NCBI GenBank assembly: GCA_051362555.1
Contig: CM120646.1
Location: 10,912,001 to 10,976,000 of the forward strand
Length of the DNA: 64,000 bases
Direction: 5' to 3'
Source of the DNA: Lingula anatina
Taxonomy: Eukaryota > Animalia > Brachiopoda
Under the pieces are notes generated by a model. It was not told the origin of the DNA. It did not search any database and saw only the letters and a program-made list of their open reading frames with translations. Numbering within the stretch: the first letter of the stretch is position 1; each line of letters starts with the position of its first letter. Shown piece after piece: positions 55,281 through 64,000 of the stretch. The position numbers and the translations under genes are program-made.

Positions 55281-57024
55281 AAACTAGATGGTGTCGATGG
55301 GTAGCCATCGCATATCCCCGCACTTCCCCATATTATCAAGAGCAGCTCACCTCTAGGGACCACTTACCACACACGCACGTACACACGCACGTACGCACAC
55401 ACATACATACACATCACTGCTTTATCCAAAGGTATTTAAAAATATAAATGTAAAAAATCTTTATAAATATAAAAATACATGTATGTACACTGGTACACAC
55501 ACATATATATATATACGCTAAGAAACAGAAAAGAGAACAGAAAAGTTTTATATCCACGTATTTGGATAAATAAAACATGAATAATGTTTTAGATAAATGA
55601 AAAATGATTACATAATAAAGTTTAAACTTCCTTACTCTAATGGTTTAGGGCAGATGGCAGAAATTACAATGTCTTAAGAATTTAGAATCAACCACCCCCA
55701 GGGTACAGCTCAACCCCCTGTGGCACTAAAATTCCAAAATGCCCATGCACATCCCTGATGATGGGTTTACCAATTCCCAAAGTTTCAGCTTCCTATCTGT
55801 AATGGTCTAAGAGGAGATAGTGAAAATTACAATGTTATAAGAATTTAGCATCAACTACCCCCCCCCCCCAGGAACAGCCCAACCCCCTGTTGCACTAAAA
55901 TTCCAAAATGCCCATGCACATCCCTGATGATGGGTCTACCAATTCCCGAAGTTTCAGTTTCCTATCTGTAATGGTCTAAGAGGAGATAGCGGAAATTACT
56001 AACACAGACGCACGGACGGGCGGGAGAACGTGATCCCCGACTTTTGTCCAAAAGTGCGGGGATAATTACAATGTTATAAGAATTTAGAATCAACCACCCC
56101 ACGGGGACAGCCCAACCCCCTGTTGCACTAAAATTCCAAAATGCCCATGCACATCCCTGATGAGGGATCTTCCAATTCTCATAGTTTCAAGTTCCTATCT
56201 ATAACGGTCTAGGAGGAGATAGCAGAAATTACATTGTCTTAAGAATTTAGAATCAACCACCCCCAGGGTACAGCCCAACCCCCTGTGGCACTAAAATTCC
56301 AACGTGCCCATGCACATCCCTGATGATGGGTAAACTATTCACCAAAGTTTCAACTTCCTATCTGTAATGGTCTAGGAGGAGATTGTGAAAATTACAATGT
56401 TATAAGAATTTAGAATCAACCACCCCCCGGGAACAGCCCAACCCCCTGTTGCACTAAAATTCCAAAATGCCCATGCACATCCCTGATGATGGGTCTACCA
56501 ATTCCCGAAGTTTCAGTTTCCTATCTGTAATGGTCTAAGAGGAGATAGCGGAAATTACTAACACAGACGCACGGACGGGCGGGAGAACATGATCCCCGAC
56601 TTTTGTCCCAAAAGTGCGGGGATACTTACAATGTTATAAGAATTTAGAATCAACCACCCCATGGGGACAGCCCAACTCCCTTGTGGCACTAAAATTCCAA
56701 AATGCCCATGCACATCCCTGATGATGGATCTTCCAATTTCCGTAGTTTCAATTTCCTATCTCTAACGGTCTAGGAGGAGATAGCAGAAATTACAATGTCA
56801 TAAGAATTTTGAATCAATTACCCCCCAGGGACAGCCCAACCCCCTGTGGCAATAAAATTCCAATGTGCCTATGCACATTGCTGAAGATGGGTCTACCAAT
56901 TCCCAAAGTTTCAACTTCCTACCTGCAATAGTCTAGGAGGAGATAGCAGAAATTACTAACACACAGACGCACGGACGCACAGACGCATGATCCCCGACTT
57001 TTGTCCCAGAAGTGCGGGGATAAT
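55281..57024. mobile_element. Non-autonomous Helentron-like element carrying an array of ~170-bp tandem core repeats
   Basis: 5' end aactaga...tatccccgcactt; 3' end atccccgacttttgtcccagaagtgcggggata (inverted sub-terminal repeat plus hairpin). Seven copies of a ~170-bp unit (tgcccatgcacatccctgatgatggg...) at ~55640-56960, and an acagacgcacggacg microsatellite before each 3'-end module. Confidence 0.8.
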
Positions 57025-57963
57025 AAACAAATAAATAATTAATTAAAGCTCTTCTTAAACTAATGTGATTGGCCTACATTTGTACTATTTCACACTCACA
57101 AACAAAGATGGACAGCACTTTTTGATTAATTTATTATATAATCATTTAATTAATGTATTTATTTATCGAAAATGTTATTAATTGAGTTATCAGACAAATG
57201 AATGAATACCCGGTCATTTTTACCCCGTAATTCTTCTTTGAAAACTTGGACGAACGTCCAAGCGAACAAAAGTCAAAACTTAAATGAATTTAAATTAAAA
57301 GAAAAATATTCAGGCTATTTCATGAATGTATAAATGAAAAAAGGAACATATGAAGGGACTAGGATCTGAGGAATGACTGACTGCCTAAGTGACAACACGG
57401 CTGAACTTGAAGAAATAGATTAGACCATAGAAGTAGTTCTCTACTTCTATGATTAGACCAACTCTCTCGTCTCCTTGCAAGCGCCGAGTTCGCGGGAGGT
57501 CACAGCCTCGATGTGGCATCCTTTGAAGATTTCAAGATGGTGGATAGCAGTCAGAATTTATGCATAGCAGACGAAGTTTGTACATATTAATATACTTCAA
57601 TCTAAATGCTAACTGAAGGATGTTGGGGAGTTTGTGTCTAAACGAACATACACTATAGGATGGAGAGGTGAATGAAACTAATATTTACCTGACGAATTGA
57701 CGCTGTTCCTCGTTTGACTTACTTTTCACCGAAAATCTCAGTGATCGATAATGCTAGTGCATAAAACTTACCAGAGTTTTGGTAGCGAAGATGCTGCTTG
57801 TAAAAACTGTATTCGACGCTGCGGATTGAAATCTTGCACATTTGGACAGGACAGTTATCAAGAAACAGTGTTAAAGTCAAAAAGAAATTATACAATGAAA
57901 CGACAAAATTAATGATGTTAACTTAAAGTTAAAACGTCGCATGCCCATGATATAAAAAAAGAA

Positions 57964-60106
57964 ATGGAACAAAAAGGAAAATCGTATGATTGTAAGGGGA
58001 GCGAACACTTAAGATGTAGAAATGGTTTACTTGTCACAGAGGTGACACTAGAAAAGTCACCGGGCAGCAATAATAGATACTTAATGCAAGAAGGACCTTG
58101 GTTTGCAATTAAAAGTGAGAAACTTGAAGGGTTGGGAAATGGTACAGACTTATGTGAAGAAAGGTTTTTAATGCCAGAAGGAGTACCAGTATGCATCTCC
58201 AATGATACAGCCCTACCTGATGATCCTTGTGCTGAAAGCAATTCACAATCTGTCACGATGAAAAGAGACATTTGTGATGCTTTTGACCATGTCAACCAGC
58301 TTGTACCCACTGAATTGCAAGCTAGCATGGTAAAAACTGAGTCATGTGAGTCTTATAGCCTGTACACTTTGGATAGTCATCTGAGTTCCAATGGCAACTC
58401 TTGTAATGTGACCAGAGAACAAATTCAAAATTCTATGAAGAAAGACACAGTTGAACAAGGAATTGAAACAGAGATTTTTACTTTAGATTTGACTACTGGA
58501 ATGATAACCCCCTGCAATGATAATAGTGAAAGAGCTGAGAATTTCAGGGAATCTTGCAACCTCGATAAGAATACAGGGACAGATATGAAAGGTAGTCTCT
58601 GTGTTGTGAATTGTTCTGAGAAACAAGATCAGTGTTCTCATTTGGGGATTAAAAATTGTACCAAAGTCAGTTTTGCTGCTGACAATGACACAAAGGCCAC
58701 CTCAGCAAGTAACCAAATACTGAACAAAACATCAACATCACAGTTTAAATGTCGTTTCTGCAGCAAGCAATATAAAATGTCTGGGCATCGCAACAGGCAC
58801 GAAAGAACACACTCAGGGGAAAAACCTTACAAATGTGATATGTGCCCGATGTCATTTGCAAGAAAAGATATTTTTCGGGTGCATCAGATGAGGCATGATC
58901 AAATATTCAAAGAAGGTTGCACTCGTCCTCGTGTTCCTTGTCCCATGTGTTCGAAAGATTTTCGTGACAAAAGAGATCTGATGAGGCATATGCAAGCACA
59001 CACTGATGCAAAGCCATTCAAATGCAGTTTCTGTGAAAAATACTACAAAGGAAAAAATGAATGCCAGAGACATGAAAGAATGCATAAAGGAGAAGAAAAT
59101 TCTCAAAAAGGAACATTTCTAAAGCATATTTGCGATTATTGTGGAAAGGTATTTTTCAGAAAGGATTCCTATGTGAGACACTTGAGAATTCACACAGGGG
59201 AGAAGCCGTACAGGTATCTTATTTTGTTCTTTGACCTATTGGGTCAGTTTTAAATGTACGGTACAAGAACAAATCTACACTAGTACGCTAGTACTAGTAC
59301 ACTAAAAACTGTTTAGCCAACTGGCCCTGGTGAACTCGAGGGTGTAGCAATCCACCTACACTTAGCAGAAACAGTGGCCAGTAACTGAAGGAAATTTACA
59401 AAAAAAAAATCAGCTGCAATTTTATTGTCATTTTGTGCAGGGTCAGTGTAAATTAACAGACTGAGAAATAAACAGATTTGAAATTTCTGTTCATCATCCC
59501 TTACCACAAACAGATTAAGAAAATTCCTAAATAGAGAGGATGCTCTTTTCACTTGCAGTGCATGATATTTAATGCTGGACTGGGGCAAGTGTTACTGTAC
59601 CTATATCCATCTTTTCTGAACCATTGTGTATTTTTATGGAATGAATATAAGAAGGCTTTCCTATCTGCCCTACTCAACATCTGAAATATTGTACCAAGTA
59701 TAAGTAAGTTCTGAAGGAGATTTTAAATTGGTCTTTTAATTCTTTTATTTATTTTTTCAGGTGTGATGTTTGTGATATTGCGTTTTCAAGGAGAGACCTT
59801 GTTGCACTTCATTTAAAAGAGCACAAGGAAGGAAAAATGTTCAAATGCAAAAGCTGCCATAGGTTATTCTCAGACAAGGATGCCTGTAATAAACATGAGA
59901 GTTGTCATCTTGTTGAAAAAAGCCACCCTTGTCAGTTCTGTGGCAATCTTTTTAAACACAAGCATGCATGCAAGTATCATGAACGTCAGAACTGTAAGAT
60001 GATTAAGGCACACAAGTGCAAGTTTTGTAGCAAGGGATTTTCAACCAAAAGTACTTGCAAAAGACACGAGACTTCTCTCCATGTTACAGAGGACAAGGTG
60101 TCTTGA
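57964..60106 (+). CDS. C2H2 zinc-finger protein (531 aa, 9 fingers, one ending in C2HC)
   Basis: Exons 57964-59213 and 59761-60106, joined by a phase-2 GT-AG intron in the HTGEKPYR|C linker. HSGEKPY and HTGEKPY linkers; AATAAA at ~60360. An additional upstream coding exon cannot be excluded. Confidence 0.9.
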
Positions 60107-61023
60107 TTAAAAAAGATCTCTAAAGTGGATTTTTGTTTTTTTTTTTTGGGGGGGGGGGGGGGGTTGTTTTGTGCTCATTCCTGAAGTTGAGTCAGTTCAG
60201 GTGCAGTTCAAATGTAGAAGACATCACCATTGCTTGCCTTAGCATTAATAATAATGATTATTATAATGTTCTTGTTATTACTGAGCTGAAGGTGAAAATT
60301 AACTGTTCACTTCACTGTAGTACAGTTTTGTTGTTGTGAGAGAAAAGTTTTAATGTTTTAATAAAAGAGTTCATATATTGTGCTCAATTGTTTTACAGTT
60401 TATTTTTGTTTTCTGCATCATGAATTACCCAGTTGTAAATGTGATCTGTATCCCAGCATATTCTGAATATTGTCAGCCCATATTGTCACTGTCATTCTGA
60501 AACTGCCCCAGTTACATGGACTGCCAACCATATATTTTTTTTAATTTACTGAGTAGTTTTGTTTGGTTAAAATAAGGGTTCCTTGAAAAAATGAGTTATT
60601 TTGCAGGTTTTTTAAAAATTTTTATTTATTTATTTTTTATTTTTGCTGTTTAAGTGATTTCCATCTTACATGCCCGGTCCCTTCTACTTATACTTTAAAG
60701 AGATAACAACTTCATTTTTGAAAAAAAAATTAATTAAACAAATAAAATGGATTTTTCTGGGGTTAATACAATTTTCTGAGGGGGAGGGGGCATAAGTGCT
60801 ATCGAGACCCCCCCCCCCCTCCCGTTATGCCATCTCCTGCTCCTGTCTCGTCACTGGTGCATTTTACACAAAACGACATTAAGCTGTGCCCTGCTAAATT
60901 AAACTTGCATATTCCAATGTAGCCAGGTGCATTGAACCAATGAGCTCTGCAAGTTAATTTGAAAGAATCGACCCACACAACTCTCGATTTCTGCTACTTT
61001 TCAATGATCTACACAACTTTAGT

Positions 61024-61080
61024 CACGTGAACGGAAACACACTTGAGCATGCGTAGGATACATACAGCGTGAAACACGTG
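61024..61080 (+). promoter_or_regulatory. Two CACGTG E-boxes and an ETS-like CGGAA just upstream of the fibrillarin ATG
   Basis: CACGTG at 61024-61029 and 61075-61080, CGGAAA at ~61032, CCAAT near 60937. Myc E-boxes near the start site are typical of ribosome-biogenesis genes. Confidence 0.55.
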
Positions 61081-61094
61081 TGTATACAGAAAAT

Positions 61095-64000
61095 ATGGGA
61101 AGACCAGGTAAAGTATCATAATTTGGAGTAAAATAACTAAAAACTGTAATGATTTTCACAGATTGAATAAATTTACGCCCATGAATAATATCAGATTGGC
61201 GATCGACATCTGTTGGGTATGTATTTGTACCAGTGAATGAGAGAAGCGTAACCACTTTTGTCAATTTGTGATAGGACCAAAATTTTATTAATATGAATCA
61301 CATTTTCCTCTTAGCGTTGTTACTTCAATAATTTTGAAATCTTGAATGTATTTAATGTAGTTTGGATTTTATCCACATACAAGCAGACAGAAGTATTTGA
61401 CAAAATAAACAAGGCTATGCCTTTGCCCCAGACACCTAATTTCCCTGGACAAGAGCCTAAATCAAAGTAAAGCATCCAATTCAGTCTTTAATTCACGTTT
61501 AACTGAGATAGAGTTTGCCATATATGACTATGCAAGATATAGAAGAAGCTGTGTAGCAAAAGAAAAAAAAAACATCAGGTTTATACAAAGAATTATGACT
61601 ACTACTAGTAATTAACTAATAGCCAGCTGAAGATCAACATTGCTTTGTTATTGTCTGAGACTCATGAATCATCTCTCTTCATAGTCTCACACTTGATTAA
61701 GTTGTAACTGCATAGTGTACTTGCTTGTTGTTCCAGGTTTCAGCCCTAGAGGAGGGGGAAGAGGGGGTTTTGGAGGCCGAGGTGGTGGCGGTGGCCGAGG
61801 AGGATTCGGAGGACGTGGTGGGGGTAGGGGTGGCGGAAGGGGAGGATTTGGAGATCGAGGCGGAGGTCGAGGAAGAGGAGGAGGAAGAGGCGGTGGAAGA
61901 GGTATCATTGATTTAAATCACTATTAGAAAATAATATGGATAATTTTAGTATAACTTATATATAAGTTCTAAGACAGAAAGTTTGAGCTGTTGATAATCT
62001 CAAGGTTGCTTTGATAGATGTCAGTCACATATACCAGAACTGGTTTATCTCAAGCTTTTTATAAACATACAGAGAGAATTAATTTAGTGTAACTGTGTTA
62101 TATAAACAGATTTAATTTGAAAATCTTGAAAAAGAAAAATAAAATTCGTAGTTCAATTCATAAGTCACTGAAGAGGCGGAGACTTAATCATTGTGGTGGA
62201 AAAGACGACAAATGTTATTCTCATAGAAGCCAGGGATTCTTATTTCATTTCTGTTTATTGATTTTCTAGGTGGTCGTGGTGGAGGTAGAGGAGGCGGAAG
62301 AGGTTAGTAGCTTTATTGACTGAAATTTCATACAGAATGCTGGCAGGCAGAAGTAGTAGTGTACTTTCATAGCATAAGATATTCAGAGGAGAGAAGTTAG
62401 TGGAAATGAAGTAATGGAAATATTAACATAATGAAGCATTGGTTTTTGGGGTAGAAAAATAAGATCATCACTCAAGCTAGTATTGATTGTTTAAGTAGGT
62501 GCTGAATACAATTAACTTAAAGTGAGATGTATTTGACTTTTCGTTTTTGTTATTGTTGCTGTTATTAAAAAAAGTTTATTCAAAGGAAAGAAAAGGAGGC
62601 AAAGTCTCAATAACATTATGTGCTATTGTTTGGGAAATCAGTTAAAAAATTACTTCTTTAAAAGGAAAATCTTTACCACAAAGCATATTATTTTATCATG
62701 TAATTTTATAATGTCACATTATAATTTACGTAATTGTGCTACTGACATTAGAGGTGTAAAATATATATAAAGTGTTTTATCATGAAATTAAAATGCTTTA
62801 AGTTAATTGATTTTTTGGTCTAACATCTATGTTATCGATGTTATTTTGATTAACAGGTGGCTTTGGTGCTGGCAAAAAGACAGTTGTTGAGCCCCACAGA
62901 CATGCAGGTAAATACAGAGTTACTTCTGATAAGTTATGACTGCTGAAATGAGCACAGAAAATACCAGCTTATGTGTTTATTGTCTTATTAACAATGGATA
63001 AGTTATGCTTGAAATATGAGAATTCAAGTAGAAAACATGAAGTTAATGATTGAATGAAAAAGAAAACAGAACATGAAATTAAAAAATTATTTTTCTGTCC
63101 ACATAATTGTAAGAGATAGAAATTTGTCATTTTATTAAATGAATGAATGACTTATATTAATTTTATTATTTTGCCCCCCCTTCCCCTCTTTGAAAATGAA
63201 AAAAGGAAAATTGTAGAAGTGATCATAGTTCCATAGCATTAATCTATTTCTTGTATTCGACTGATTTCTGTTTTTAGGTGTGTTTATATCTCGTGGAAAA
63301 GAGGATGTTCTTGTATTTGACTGAATCCTGTTTTTAGGTGTGTTTATATCTCGCGGAAAAGAGGATGTTCTTGTATTCGACTGATTTCTGTTTTTAGGTG
63401 TGTTTATATCTCGTGGAAAAGAGGATGTTCTTGTCACAAAAAACATGGTGTCAGGAGAGTCTGTCTATGGAGAGAAGAGGATAAGTGTAGATGTAAGTTG
63501 AAATGGTTTATTAGTGCTTTAATTATTGTTTTATATAAAGGTGTATTTAAGAAAAAGGTATCATTATAACTGCCTCTTTTGAAACTTCACTAGAGTGGGT
63601 GATTGTTTGAAATTTATTTGCTAGTAAAATGATCTCAAAAACAATAGTTCTATACATATTGTTGATTCAGTGTCAGTAGATTTTAAAGCATTCCAAATTA
63701 GCTTGGATTCATTTAGCTTGTTGTCCTAAGTCTTTTTAGAAATTAAACTATCAATTTAATGTAATAAAAGTTAAGTTTATATTCTCTTGCAAGACCCATT
63801 TCTAAGCTGTCTTAAATTCACATGGAGGTTTTGAAATTATTTGAAGCTCACATAAATGCAAAGGAAGTAATGCATGCTATCAGTAATCACTGTACCTCAG
63901 GTTGTCAAAATCAATCTGTAATGAATTTTTTGTAACATTAAAACCATTCAATTTCAGTTGGATGATGGGTCAAAGCTGGAATACAGAGCATGGAATCCTT
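61095..64000 (+). CDS. FBL: Fibrillarin (rRNA 2'-O-methyltransferase), 5' part, truncated by the window end
   Basis: Exons 61095-61107, 61737-61901, 62270-62302, 62857-62907, 63398-63492 and 63958->64000 give [11 protein letters not shown]..(RGG/GAR domain)..[58 protein letters not shown], the canonical fibrillarin signature. Confidence 0.97.
63248..63434 (+). repeat. Three tandem copies of a 60-bp unit spanning the fibrillarin intron 4 / exon 5 junction
   Basis: ttcttgtatt(c/t)gactga(t/a)t(t/c)ctgtttttagGTGTGTTTATATCTCG(T/C)GGAAAAGAGGATG repeated three times. Confidence 0.95.

Noticed and set aside
55640-57024. TGATGA motifs in the 170-bp repeats suggesting a C/D snoRNA array
   Set aside because: No matching D boxes or rRNA-complementary guides seen; the structure is explained by a Helentron-like element.
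61687-61916. Pro-rich minus ORF and Glu-rich plus ORF
   Set aside because: Antisense and alternate frames of the fibrillarin GAR exon.
61108-63957. Intronic snoRNAs in fibrillarin introns
   Set aside because: No convincing RTGATGA...CTGA pair with a terminal stem and a 10-nt or longer rRNA guide found by eye. An Rfam scan would be needed.

Overview
AT-rich, intron-containing invertebrate genomic DNA, most likely a protostome or lophotrochozoan (inferred from the receptor family and the repeat types; the species cannot be identified from sequence alone). Five protein-coding genes can be built by hand. (1) An intronless-CDS sex-peptide/myoinhibitory-peptide-receptor-type GPCR at 21639-22928 (+). 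(2, 3) A head-to-head pair of 7-coding-exon secreted-protein paralogs at 39211-43492 (-) and 45593-49871 (+), which the ORF track only fragments. Spliced, both look like compact clusterin (CLU/apoJ)-like proteins: two 5-Cys clusters with clusterin spacing, furin-type cleavage sites and a clusterin-like C-terminus. Their central region is a Gly-rich amphipathic segment ending in G-K/R-R amidation signals. This pair is the most interesting system in the window. (4) A 9-finger C2H2 zinc-finger gene at 57964-60106 (+). (5) The 5' part of fibrillarin (61095 to window end), whose exon 5 acceptor lies in a 3x60-bp tandem duplication. The rest is introns and intergenic DNA with a Tc1 relic, an inverted Penelope relic, Helentron-like non-autonomous elements, several MITE families, a minisatellite and microsatellites. 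All family assignments come from recalled motifs, not database searches.
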